Source of the DNA: an uncultured virus (IMG/VR IMGVR_UViG_3300015244_001911)
Lineage: Duplodnaviria; Heunggongvirae; Uroviricota; Caudoviricetes
Strand: one strand, 5' to 3'
Virus record (IMG/VR): IMGVR_UViG_3300015244_001911
Span: 1-64,000 of that record
DNA length: 64,000 nucleotides
The position numbers were made by a program, and so were the translations under genes. A model generated the notes under the pieces. The model did no database searches. It was not told the origin of the DNA and was given only the letters and a program-made list of their open reading frames with translations. The first letter of the stretch is position 1. Each line of letters starts with the position of its first letter. Positions 28,242 through 38,172 of the stretch are shown piece by piece.

Positions 28242-30773
28242 ATGGACTTTATAAACCAAGTTAAAAAACTAAAAGAACTAACAAAATCACCGGAGGTAAA
28301 ATCTTTGTGTGAGGGCTTCCTTAACGGCGAATCCGTTTCTAAGGACGAATTGATAGCTTCTATCAACGAACATAATAATTCAGGAGCAATCCAGAACGAC
28401 GTACCAAACGTTGTTAATCACATAGAAGCAATAAGAAAAGAGGAGAGTGAAGTCTCTAAAAGAACTGCTGCTGCTTTGATGGAATCTTGGGGCGGACTAG
28501 GAGGTAGAACTTCTTCAAACTCTGGATCTTATGTTGATAAGAAAGAACAAGAGGAGAAAAAATCAGAGAATCTTTTCGAAAGCATCTCTAAATTGGACAC
28601 ATCTGATCCCGTAACGGTTTCTTTCATTGAGGCACAAGGAGTTAAAAATCTTGGCATCATGGAGGCAATCTCTAAGATAAAGGAATCTTCTATCTACTCA
28701 TACCCTAAAGCTAAAATCGTATGTGAGCAATATCAGAATCTTTTATCTGCTAAAAGATTACCGGAATTTACTGTTATTCATAATTTTATTGCAGAACTAG
28801 AATCTTTCAGCTGGGACAATTCAGTTACCCCTATTGCTGAAGAGCTTAAAGCTAAAGCTAAAAAATATTCGAGAGAAATTGAAGTTGCTAAAGTTTTGGA
28901 AGCAATCAAAACTAGCGGTAGTTCTTCTTTCTACTCTGAACTTTCTGAAACTTTAAATACTTGGTTGGTTTCTGAAAGTAAGTCAAACGGTCTTTTGGTT
29001 AAAGATATTTCTAAATACGGTTTCAATCCGGTAGTTAGAAACTTGATCAACTTCTTGAATGTTAACGAAAACAAAGATACAAGAAAACTTGAAATTCCAG
29101 TAAATGCCCAAGGAGAATCTAGTGTATCTAAAGTATACTCTCCGGTTTTATTTGAAAACGGTAGAACATTCTTCTATATTGGAGGATCAATATTCGAAGC
29201 AACTGAGAAAGAATTGGTTAGATTATCAGAAAAACAAATTTCAAATCTTCCTGCTGATTATAGCAAATTAATAGAATCTTCTAGAAAATCACACGTTTCT
29301 ATTAACGAGAACGGAATCTCAATTAAATTTGGCAAGAAAATAGTTAAATTGGTAGAGGAAAACGAGAACGTTGAGGTTTATCTAGGTAAGGATAAACTTA
29401 AATTTGGTAACGTTGCAAGCTTAGCTAAAATATTAGGTCTAGAATCTGGATCTTATTTTGGAGTTAATGAATCTGAAGTTGTACATGATACGATGGTATT
29501 ATACACAAACTACTCTAACATCGTTGAACTAGATTTTGCTAAGAGCATAACTTCTAATATCTACGAGGGTGTTTCTGCGAATCTTTTCAAATGGAATGAT
29601 CAGATCTACGTTCAGAAGATCAATCAGGCTATGAATGAGAATTCAATTTATAAAGTGAATGGTACTCAGGCAGTTTCTATGGTTAAATCTTATTTAAGAT
29701 ATGACATATCTGAAGGTCTAACCGATTTCTTAGAAGGTGAGAATAAAATTAAATCTGTCATGGTAAATGACAGAACGAAGGTTCTTGAGAATATTACAAG
29801 AGTTGAAGGCGAGATTTCTAAGATCAATGCTTTAACCGAATCTAATAACCTTTACAGAGAATCTAAACAAATTTTAACAGCTAAATCAATTCTTGAAAAA
29901 GAATTAAGCATATTAAAAGAAAAATGGAATCAGATTAACTCCGAACTTTCTAGAATAGAGGAAGAAATTAAAATTTCTGATGAGATTAACGTTTCAGAGG
30001 ATGAAAAATTTAACATTGGTGATTTCATTAAAGTTAAAGAATCAGGAGAAACTGGAAAGATAATTTCGGTTGATGGTACATCTGGAAGATATACAATTCT
30101 TTTGGATAACGGAAAAACTTCGGATTTCTTAGTAAATGAGATTTCTGATCTTGAAGAAGCTTTAAGCCAAGCAGCAGAGAAAAACTCTGAAGAAGCTGAA
30201 GAAGAAGGCGAAGAGGAAGTTAAAGAATCAAACAATCTAAATAAATCTACTCTAAGCATAGAGGAGCAAAAAAATCTACTAAAAACTTTTGCTGATAATC
30301 ACGGATTTTCTAAAGCACCAAGAGGTGAAGGAGATAAGGATATAGCAATGGAACTTGATTCTCTTCATGGATACAACATCACAATGAACGAGGCTAAAGA
30401 CAAAAAAGAAAAGGGAGATTTAGCTAAAGCACCGGGTAACAATAAGAAAGAAAAAGGTAAAGTTGAAGGTGAGGATCTTTTAGCAGATGCTCCAGAAACT
30501 AAAGACAAAACCGATTTTGATGGTGAAGATGTTGACGGGGAAAAATACGAAATAGGATATAACCTTAGAGAAGGCGAAAATAAATTAGCGGAAGCACCAG
30601 ATGCTGAAGCAAAAAGCAACGCTTCTACCAAATTAACCGGAGACATTAAAAAAAGTATGAATCTAGCGGAAGCCCCTGGTAAAGAAGGTGATATCGATTT
30701 CGAAGGTGATTCTGACGATACTGGTTATAATTTGGACGAAGCAGATGAATCAGACGAAGTAAAAAAAAACTAA
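28242..30773 (+). CDS. Large acidic late protein (probable prohead core/head protein); possible -1 frameshift extension to 30934
   Basis: Late promoter at 28212; many (L/I)xE sites; LAxAP repeats near the C-terminus. Confidence 0.7.
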   Translation: MDFINQVKKLKELTKSPEVKSLCEGFLNGESVSKDELIASINEHNNSGAIQNDVPNVVNHIEAIRKEESEVSKRTAAALMESWGGLGGRTSSNSGSYVDKKEQEEKKSENLFESISKLDTSDPVTVSFIEAQGVKNLGIMEAISKIKESSIYSYPKAKIVCEQYQNLLSAKRLPEFTVIHNFIAELESFSWDNSVTPIAEELKAKAKKYSREIEVAKVLEAIKTSGSSSFYSELSETLNTWLVSESKSNGLLVKDISKYGFNPVVRNLINFLNVNENKDTRKLEIPVNAQGESSVSKVYSPVLFENGRTFFYIGGSIFEATEKELVRLSEKQISNLPADYSKLIESSRKSHVSINENGISIKFGKKIVKLVEENENVEVYLGKDKLKFGNVASLAKILGLESGSYFGVNESEVVHDTMVLYTNYSNIVELDFAKSITSNIYEGVSANLFKWNDQIYVQKINQAMNENSIYKVNGTQAVSMVKSYLRYDISEGLTDFLEGENKIKSVMVNDRTKVLENITRVEGEISKINALTESNNLYRESKQILTAKSILEKELSILKEKWNQINSELSRIEEEIKISDEINVSEDEKFNIGDFIKVKESGETGKIISVDGTSGRYTILLDNGKTSDFLVNEISDLEEALSQAAEKNSEEAEEEGEEEVKESNNLNKSTLSIEEQKNLLKTFADNHGFSKAPRGEGDKDIAMELDSLHGYNITMNEAKDKKEKGDLAKAPGNNKKEKGKVEGEDLLADAPETKDKTDFDGEDVDGEKYEIGYNLREGENKLAEAPDAEAKSNASTKLTGDIKKSMNLAEAPGKEGDIDFEGDSDDTGYNLDEADESDEVKKN

Positions 30774-30940
30774 GTCGCAACTTTTATTTCGCTCCTAAAG
30801 CTGAAAATCAGAACAAACCGGGCGAAAAATTCGTACAGTCATCCGAAGGAAAGCTAAGTAAAGCACCCGATGGTAAAAAGATAACAGATAACGAAGAGGA
30901 AGACTCTGACGATCCCGAAGATACTAAAGAATAAATCTAA

Positions 30941-30971
30941 AGAATGTAGCCAAAAGCTACATTCTTTTTTT
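30941..30971 (+). terminator. Rho-independent terminator
   Basis: AGAATGTAGC-CAAAA-GCTACATTCT followed by a T run. Confidence 0.8.
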
Positions 30972-30973
30972 AT

Positions 30974-31001
30974 GAAATCTTTCCTAGTTTTTTGACTAAA
31001 A
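30974..31001 (+). promoter_or_regulatory. Putative middle promoter variant GAAAT-N17-CTAAAA
   Basis: Directly upstream of the gp55-like gene. Confidence 0.55.
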
Positions 31002-31028
31002 CTATAAACCCAAATTAACCAATTATTA

Positions 31029-31388
31029 ATGGCAAAAGAATATGTTAAGAACAGTGAATTATTAGCCGCTGTAGTAGAATCAAAGAATGCGGGTAAGCTC
31101 ACTCCTGAAACCATAGCAATGTTTACATTGATGATATCGGGGATCGCCAAAAAGATGTCATATAAGGATCCAGAAGACAGAGAAGATTGCATGGCTTTTG
31201 CTATGGAAGATCTTTGTAAATATTGGAATCGATTTAATCCAGAAAAATCTAATAATCCTTTTGCATACTTTACACAGATAGCAAAGAATGGATTTGCTAA
31301 GGGGTGGAAAAAATTACATCCGCCAAAAAACCCAAAAACTATACCGTTTAGTTATATTACCGGGGATGATAACTCGTATAATGTTTAA
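31029..31388 (+). CDS. gp55: Late-transcription sigma factor (T4 gp55-like)
   Basis: YVKNSELL...DREDC...FNPEKSNNPFAYFTQIAKN. Confidence 0.8.
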   Translation: MAKEYVKNSELLAAVVESKNAGKLTPETIAMFTLMISGIAKKMSYKDPEDREDCMAFAMEDLCKYWNRFNPEKSNNPFAYFTQIAKNGFAKGWKKLHPPKNPKTIPFSYITGDDNSYNV

Positions 31389-31396
31389 TTAACATT

Positions 31397-31882
31397 ATGA
31401 CTGATATAAAGAAAGTAAAACCGAACGGGGAATATAGATCTGGAAAATATGAACCTAAGAACCCTGAAAAGTACATAGGGGATATCCATAATATAATATA
31501 TAGATCTTCTTGGGAGTACAGATTCTGTACATACTGTGACACTAACGATGCAATCGTTAAATGGAGCTCCGAACCGGTATCAATAGACTACTATAATCCA
31601 CTCGATAAGAAATCACATAAGTATCATGTTGATTTCTATATGAAGGTTATAAAGGACTCAGGCGAATCACAAGATTGGATTATAGAGATAAAACCGGAAA
31701 GCCAAACGAAGAAGCCACTATACGAAGGAACAATGACGGTTGCTAAGCTTAAATCCTACAATAGAAACATGCAAATCTGGATAACCAATCAAGCTAAATT
31801 TAAAGCAGCTAAGGAATGGGCAGAGAAAAGAGGATATAGATTTGGCGTGATTGATGAGAATTTTTTATTTAAAAGTAAATAA
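31397..31882 (+). CDS. gp4: Head completion nuclease (T4 gp4-like)
   Basis: PKNPEKYIGD..IIYRSSWE, WSSE, YHVDF and EIKP motifs. Confidence 0.9.
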   Translation: MTDIKKVKPNGEYRSGKYEPKNPEKYIGDIHNIIYRSSWEYRFCTYCDTNDAIVKWSSEPVSIDYYNPLDKKSHKYHVDFYMKVIKDSGESQDWIIEIKPESQTKKPLYEGTMTVAKLKSYNRNMQIWITNQAKFKAAKEWAEKRGYRFGVIDENFLFKSK

Positions 31883-32484
31883 TGTATAGAGATCTCGTAC
31901 TCGAATATAAGGATGATCCTGAAAATAAGGGGGATATTTTTTCCATAACTGACGAATTATTTTTAAATAAATATTTTAAAAATGCTAGTCCGGAGAAGAT
32001 ATTTTACCCACCCTTTGTTCCTGGAGAGATATACACGTTTAATTACCAGACCGATGCTAAAATATCCGAGGATAGGCCATTTATAGACAGAATGCCACTC
32101 GTACTCTGTACTAATGTGTTTGACACGAAGGAGTCAGGTACTATTGTAAAGGGGATAGACCTTATAACGGTTCCGCATAGAATTAGAATTGACATTATCG
32201 GTAAAATATATGATACTTTTACCGGTCAAATAAAAGATAACGAGGAATCTTATGATAAGGGTGGGGTAAAAAGTCCAGTGAACCTGAAAGATTCAAATTT
32301 AGCTATCTTATTAAAGAATACGGGATATAGGAATGCTCTCTTTGGATTTAAATATAAGTTCATAAGAGAACCTAAGGTTATTTCGGTTAGTGACTGGGCT
32401 AAAATACCATATTTGAGGGTAAATTCTATAGAGGGGTTACCTATACAGGGGATATATAAAGAATATCAATCGAAATTAATTTAA
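31882..32484 (+). CDS. DNA end protector protein (T4 gp2-like)
   Basis: PGEIYTFNY...DRMPLV...GIDL pattern; next to gp4. Confidence 0.6.
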   Translation: MYRDLVLEYKDDPENKGDIFSITDELFLNKYFKNASPEKIFYPPFVPGEIYTFNYQTDAKISEDRPFIDRMPLVLCTNVFDTKESGTIVKGIDLITVPHRIRIDIIGKIYDTFTGQIKDNEESYDKGGVKSPVNLKDSNLAILLKNTGYRNALFGFKYKFIREPKVISVSDWAKIPYLRVNSIEGLPIQGIYKEYQSKLI

Positions 32485-32518
32485 AAATATCGATAGAATG
32501 AATAAACTATTTGAATAA

Positions 32519-34129
32519 ATGGCTGGTTTTGTAGACAATAATAACCCATCTCAGACTCCTGTTGTACAGAGGATAAGGGATTCTGTGAGAAGGATTAGCA
32601 CTTTCGGAATGAAGTACGACGACATGGTTATTAGAAATTCCCAGGCAGTTGGGATAACCGAAGCGGCTTTTTTAAACAAAAATAAATCCAATGTCGAGGA
32701 TGAGAGTATGTTATGGACTCTTGCCAAACAGGACATCTCTACTAGACAGTTTATTGGATACTTCGACAAGGACTATAAGGGTAAACGTGACTTCCTGAGG
32801 AAGTTTTCACTTAATCCGGAAATTGAATGGGTGCTCGATACCGTGTGCGATGAGGCAATTTCTTATGACCCCTCCAACTTTTTTGCATATCCGGATTTTA
32901 TAGATCTTAGCGATATAAATGAAAAACTCAAGGATGATCTATATGAGACCTATAAAAGACTATATGATACCTGGGGATTCTCTGATGATATAACTGCTTG
33001 GCAATATTTCAGACAGTTTATTATTGATGGATTTTTAGCATTTGAGATCATCTATGATGATAAGGGCCAAAATATCATAGGATTTAAAGAACTGGATGCC
33101 GTTACACTTGTACCTAGTGTAGAAAAGCAGATAGATGGATCTTTTGTTAATACGTGGACACAATATCCGCAGGATCCCAAGAGAAAAAGAGTTCTTTACG
33201 ATCCTCAGATCATATACATATCATATGCTAAGGGTAATGCTATCTCAAGAATAAGTTATATTGAGAGATTAATCAGGCCTTATAACATCCTTAGGATAAT
33301 GGAGTACACCAGAGTTATCTGGTCAGTAATGAATGCTTCATTTAAATTAAAGATGACAGTTCCTATTGGATCAAAATCACCTCAAAAAGGTATGCAGACC
33401 CTTGGTGAGTTAATGAGCATCTATAAGGAGGATATTGAGCTTAATGACGAGAGCGGGGAGTTAACTATAGATGGTAGGCCAAAAATACAGTTCTATAAGA
33501 ATTATCTAATGCCTTCCGGTGTTAACGGTACTCCAACCATAGAGCCTTTAAACACTGAGGGACCAAATTTAAATGATCCACAGCCTCTAGCATACTTCTT
33601 CGATAAGTTCATATTGGAATCTAAGGTACCTCCTTCCAGATTTCATAATCCTGATGGTGGAAGTACATCACCTTATTCTAACGGAGCTGAGGGATTGGAC
33701 AAGGAGGAGATTAGATTCGCCAAGTTTATATCAAGACTTAGATCAACATTCCAGGAGATTATGGTTAAGCCACTTTGGATACAAATGGTTAAAAAATATC
33801 CTAAGCTTGAAGAGGATTTCTTGTTCAAGAGTCAATTGGGGCTTAATTATTTTTCTGATAATCCATTTAAGTTAAATCAAGAGATGGATATGATGAATAA
33901 GAAAAAAGAAGCCATCACAGCAATGGGAGGATTGGTTGGTGATGAGGATAAACCATATTTCTCTAATGCTTTCCTTATTGAAACCTTCCTGGGTATGTCC
34001 AAACAGGATATAGATGCAAACAAGGAAGCGATGGAGAGAAAAGAGAAAGAGAAGAAAAAAGCCGAAGAAAAAGGCGGTGAGGAAGAGAAAAAAGAGGGTG
34101 AAGAGGAAGCACCAGCAGTAACACTATAA
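32519..34129 (+). CDS. gp20: Portal protein 1 (gp20-like)
   Basis: PEIEWVLDTVCDEAI, IDG, SYIERLIRPYNILRIME, KVPPSRF and EEIRFAKFI motifs; late promoter at 32451. Confidence 0.88.
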   Translation: MAGFVDNNNPSQTPVVQRIRDSVRRISTFGMKYDDMVIRNSQAVGITEAAFLNKNKSNVEDESMLWTLAKQDISTRQFIGYFDKDYKGKRDFLRKFSLNPEIEWVLDTVCDEAISYDPSNFFAYPDFIDLSDINEKLKDDLYETYKRLYDTWGFSDDITAWQYFRQFIIDGFLAFEIIYDDKGQNIIGFKELDAVTLVPSVEKQIDGSFVNTWTQYPQDPKRKRVLYDPQIIYISYAKGNAISRISYIERLIRPYNILRIMEYTRVIWSVMNASFKLKMTVPIGSKSPQKGMQTLGELMSIYKEDIELNDESGELTIDGRPKIQFYKNYLMPSGVNGTPTIEPLNTEGPNLNDPQPLAYFFDKFILESKVPPSRFHNPDGGSTSPYSNGAEGLDKEEIRFAKFISRLRSTFQEIMVKPLWIQMVKKYPKLEEDFLFKSQLGLNYFSDNPFKLNQEMDMMNKKKEAITAMGGLVGDEDKPYFSNAFLIETFLGMSKQDIDANKEAMERKEKEKKKAEEKGGEEEKKEGEEEAPAVTL

Positions 34130-34133
34130 TAAA

Positions 34134-35756
34134 ATGGCAGGATTTTTAGATTATTTAAAACCCAATCAATCTGCTCTAGGTAACATTCTAAAAAACCTAG
34201 GCAACATATCAAAATTTGGTATGCAGTATGATGATATGGTTGTGAGAAATTCTCAAGCCATTGGTAAGACTGAGGGATATTTTTTCAATCAGGACGGTAC
34301 TGGTTTCACCCAAAATGATGCCTTTTATTGGACTGCTTCGTATCAGGACACTAAGGTAAGAAAATATATCGCTTACTTTGATAGGGATTATATCGAGAAA
34401 AGAAATTACCTTAGAAAATTTTCTCTTAACGGAGAGATTGAATTTATTATCGATACAGTTACCGATGAGTCAATAACTTATGATGATAGAAACTACTTCG
34501 CACAACCATCTTTTATAAATCTGGATCTTAAGGATAAGATTAAAGATGAGATGTCAACCAATTATAATAGGCTCTATAACGTATTCGGATTTCAGAATAG
34601 TGTACTAGCTTGGCAGTACTTTAAGCAATTCTTGATTGATGGATTTCTAGCTTTTGAAATTATCTATGATAACAAGGGTAAGGAAGTTATAGGATTTAAG
34701 GAATTAGACCCATCATCTCTTCAGCCCGTTGTTGAAAAAGTCGGTGAAAATGAATATAAACAATTCTGGATCCAGTACCCGCAGAATCCTCAAATGAGCA
34801 GGAAGCTTACAAATGAGCAGGTTATTTATATTTCATATGCTAAGGGTAATAGCGTTTCTAGAGTTAGTTATATCGAAAGACTAGTTAGATCTTATAACAT
34901 TTTAAGAATCATGGAAAATTCCAGAGTTATCTGGAATGTGATGAACGCTTCATATAGGCTTAAATTTATTATTCCGATTGGTAGTCAGTCACCTCAGAAA
35001 GCAATGCAAACACTCGGACAACTGATGTCGAATTACAAGGAGGATATTTCAATCAATGATGCTTCGGGTGAATTAACAATTAACGGTAGACCGAAGGTTC
35101 AATTTTATAAAAATTACCTGTTTCCTGAAAAGGATGGGCAATCACCAACTATCGAGTCTCTAAACCCAAGCGGTCCTGATTTTAATGTTATGGAGAATGT
35201 TTTATACTTCTTTAATAAACTTAAGATGGATTCAAAAATTCCTTATGCTAGATTTGCTTCCAAAAACGGAACACCAGCAAACTATCAGATTTCTATAGAT
35301 CAGTTAGAAAGGGACGAAATTAGATTTGAAAAGTTCCTTAGAAGGCTAAGATCAATATTCCAGGAAATACTCGTTAAACCACTTTATTTACAAATGTGTC
35401 TGGATCATCCGGAGCTATCTAGAGATAAAAGCTTTAAAGCAAATATCGGACTTAATTACTATCGTGATAGCGAATTTGAGGAGATGGTGGAGATGTCGGG
35501 CTTTACAAAAAGAAGCGAATTCATAAAAGGACTAGGCGAACTTAAAGTAAAAGCTGGCGAGGAAGAAAAAGCATATTTTGATAACGACTTCCTAATACAG
35601 AGATATCTGGGTATGAATCCTGATCAGATTAAAATGAATCAGAAGTACAAGGAAAAAGAAGCTAAAGCAGCAGAGAAAACTAAAGGCGGAGCGGAAGGTG
35701 AAGCCGGCGGAGAGGAAGCAGCAGGAGAAGAGGAAGCACCAGCAGTAACATTATAA
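34134..35756 (+). CDS. gp20: Portal protein 2 (gp20-like paralog)
   Basis: Full-length colinear paralog with KIPYARF and DEIRFEKFL. Confidence 0.88.
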   Translation: MAGFLDYLKPNQSALGNILKNLGNISKFGMQYDDMVVRNSQAIGKTEGYFFNQDGTGFTQNDAFYWTASYQDTKVRKYIAYFDRDYIEKRNYLRKFSLNGEIEFIIDTVTDESITYDDRNYFAQPSFINLDLKDKIKDEMSTNYNRLYNVFGFQNSVLAWQYFKQFLIDGFLAFEIIYDNKGKEVIGFKELDPSSLQPVVEKVGENEYKQFWIQYPQNPQMSRKLTNEQVIYISYAKGNSVSRVSYIERLVRSYNILRIMENSRVIWNVMNASYRLKFIIPIGSQSPQKAMQTLGQLMSNYKEDISINDASGELTINGRPKVQFYKNYLFPEKDGQSPTIESLNPSGPDFNVMENVLYFFNKLKMDSKIPYARFASKNGTPANYQISIDQLERDEIRFEKFLRRLRSIFQEILVKPLYLQMCLDHPELSRDKSFKANIGLNYYRDSEFEEMVEMSGFTKRSEFIKGLGELKVKAGEEEKAYFDNDFLIQRYLGMNPDQIKMNQKYKEKEAKAAEKTKGGAEGEAGGEEAAGEEEAPAVTL

Positions 35757-35775
35757 ACCCTTTAAATTCCTAATA

Positions 35776-36753
35776 ATGGAATTGGATCTACTTAAAAAAT
35801 TTTCTCGCAGTAAAATATTAATCGTCGGGGATGTTATGCTGGACCATTATGTGATGGGTTCAGTGACAAGAATTTCTCCGGAAGCACCAGTTCCTGTTCT
35901 TCTGAAAGAATCTGAACATTATTATCTGGGTGGAGCAGGAAATGTTTTTTCCAATATACATTCATTGGGTGGTAATGGTGATATTCTAACCGTTACTGGA
36001 AATGATTCAAACGGAGACCTAGTAAAAAACATGATAAAGGAAAAATCCTCCCTAAGTATCCTAGTTAAAACCGACAAGAGAAGAACCACTATTAAATCAA
36101 GATATCTTGGAAATTCGCATCAGCTTCTCAGAGTTGATGACGAAGATTGTGATGATATCGACAAGGAGACAGAGGATTATTTTATAGATCTGCTTGAATC
36201 TACTATTGAATTTTATGAGTGCGTTATTATCGAAGATTATAATAAAGGATTAATGACTCCCAGAATTATAAGAAGAACGATAGAACTTTGCAATGCTAAA
36301 AACAAACCAGTTATAGTTGATCCCAAAGTAAAGAATATAGATTTTTATAAAGGATGCACCGTACTTAAACCGAACTTCTCCGAATTTTGCACTATTGCGG
36401 GAAAGAAAATGTCTGCATCTGATTTTGATCAAATAACGGAGGAAGCCAGAAAAATTCTGGACAGTATGGAAATAAAGGGTATTCTGGTGACTCTTTCTGA
36501 TAAGGGCATGCTATATGTTACCCGATACGAATCTTATCACAGCCCAGGGTATCCAATAAACGTTTCTGATGTTTCCGGTGCCGGTGACACAGTAACAGCT
36601 ATGTTCTCTCTTTGTATATCATCTGGAGTTGATATCAAAAAGGCATTAAAGCTATGTAACATAGCAGGATCTATTGCCTGCTCACTAGTTGGAGCTGTCT
36701 CAGTTAGTCTTAACGAGATCACGGAGAGCAAATATTTCAGATCTAACCCATAG
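35776..36753 (+). CDS. rfaE1: D-glycero-D-manno-heptose-7-phosphate kinase (RfaE/HldE domain I, PfkB family)
   Basis: GDVMLDHY, RISPEAPVPV, GGAGNV, DYNKG, VDPK and DVSGAGDT motifs. Confidence 0.92.
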   Translation: MELDLLKKFSRSKILIVGDVMLDHYVMGSVTRISPEAPVPVLLKESEHYYLGGAGNVFSNIHSLGGNGDILTVTGNDSNGDLVKNMIKEKSSLSILVKTDKRRTTIKSRYLGNSHQLLRVDDEDCDDIDKETEDYFIDLLESTIEFYECVIIEDYNKGLMTPRIIRRTIELCNAKNKPVIVDPKVKNIDFYKGCTVLKPNFSEFCTIAGKKMSASDFDQITEEARKILDSMEIKGILVTLSDKGMLYVTRYESYHSPGYPINVSDVSGAGDTVTAMFSLCISSGVDIKKALKLCNIAGSIACSLVGAVSVSLNEITESKYFRSNP

Positions 36754-36781
36754 AATATTTTTTTTAGCCGAAATCCTTGTC

Positions 36782-36789
36782 TATATTTG
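36782..36789 (+). promoter_or_regulatory. Bacteroidota-type -7 element TATATTTG
   Basis: Upstream of the ligase gene. Confidence 0.6.
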
Positions 36790-36807
36790 TGAAAATTAAA
36801 AACAAAT

Positions 36808-38139
36808 ATGATACAGGAATTAAGACTATTTAAGACATTAGAAAATCTAACTGGAGAAGGATCACAGAAAGCCAAACAGATCATCATAGGCGATAATCTG
36901 AGTGATAGGTTCTCTTATATGTTGGATATTTGCTATAACCCATTCGTTACAACAAAACTTCATAAGATCTCTTTTAACGAGGCTTTATCTGACGCTAATC
37001 ATAATCATTGGGAAGATTTTAAAAAGCTAATAGAGGAGCTTAAAACGGCTCCTGCAGCAAACGATTTACTAAGAGGGAGAGCTCAGGATTTGGTTTCTCA
37101 AAAAATATCAGAAGACCCGCAGGAAGATCTTGAACTCAGAACAGTTCTTATGAAAATTCTAACCAAAAGAATGAATATTGGGATTGGAGCCAAGCTAATT
37201 AACAAGGCGGTTAAAAAAGAACTTATTCCGGATCCATCACTCATGTTAGCAACAGACGATCACGAAACCATAGAAAAATGGGACAAAATATACTGTGAGG
37301 AGAAATATGATGGTGTCAGAGTTATTGCACTTTACAAGAATGGGGAATTCTCATATTTCACCAGGGCGTTTAACGAATTAGACTCGAGTTGCTTTCCTAA
37401 GATTACTTTTGATCTTAAAACATGCCTTATAAACAGCGGATTAAAAGGCGATTGGTTTTTCGACGGTGAATTAACGGACCTCAATAGAAAATCAGTAAGT
37501 GGTAAAGTTACCCAGATATTGAGAGGAAAGGTTGATTCATCAATAGAGTCCGGTTTATTATTCAATGTGTTTGATTTTGAAGAGGCTTCATCACTAGAGA
37601 AAGGCTCCGGTGTTATAGATTACAAAACACGTAGAGACACTTTGGAAAAGATACTTCGTTATATCGGTTCCGATTCCCCAGTAAAACTGGCACAAATGTG
37701 GGAGCTTAGTGATCCTAGCGAGGTAACGGCTATTTATAAGAAAATAGTTGATTTAGGAGGTGAGGGCGTTATTTGCAAGGATAACGGAGTATATGAATGT
37801 AAAAGATCTAAATCTTGGGTTAAATTTAAAGAGGTTAGTGATTGCGATCTTGAAATAACTGGTTGGTATCCAGGAGAGGGCAAGAGGGAAGGATTTATCG
37901 GAGGATTCATTTTGACCGATAGCTCAAGAACACTAAATGTTAAGGTTGGAGCAGGATTTACTGATAATGATCTAAAGGCACTAAGCCAAGATCCCGACTC
38001 GCATATCGGAAAAATTGCTGCTATCCAATATAACGTGACTATCACGGACAAGCACGGAAATAGATCTTTATTTCTTCCACGTTTCATAGAGGTCAGAAGT
38101 GATAAAAATTCACCTGACGATTTTTCGGGAAAATTTTAA
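36808..38139 (+). CDS. ATP-dependent DNA ligase
   Basis: EKYDGVR, FDGEL, EGVICK and FLPRF..RSDK motifs. Confidence 0.95.
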   Translation: MIQELRLFKTLENLTGEGSQKAKQIIIGDNLSDRFSYMLDICYNPFVTTKLHKISFNEALSDANHNHWEDFKKLIEELKTAPAANDLLRGRAQDLVSQKISEDPQEDLELRTVLMKILTKRMNIGIGAKLINKAVKKELIPDPSLMLATDDHETIEKWDKIYCEEKYDGVRVIALYKNGEFSYFTRAFNELDSSCFPKITFDLKTCLINSGLKGDWFFDGELTDLNRKSVSGKVTQILRGKVDSSIESGLLFNVFDFEEASSLEKGSGVIDYKTRRDTLEKILRYIGSDSPVKLAQMWELSDPSEVTAIYKKIVDLGGEGVICKDNGVYECKRSKSWVKFKEVSDCDLEITGWYPGEGKREGFIGGFILTDSSRTLNVKVGAGFTDNDLKALSQDPDSHIGKIAAIQYNVTITDKHGNRSLFLPRFIEVRSDKNSPDDFSGKF

Positions 38140-38167
38140 GAAACAAGCTTCTAATTAACAACTAAAA
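38140..38167 (+). promoter_or_regulatory. Putative middle promoter GAAAC-N17-CTAAAA
   Basis: Conserved 17-nt spacer. Confidence 0.65.
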
Positions 38168-38172
38168 AGAAT

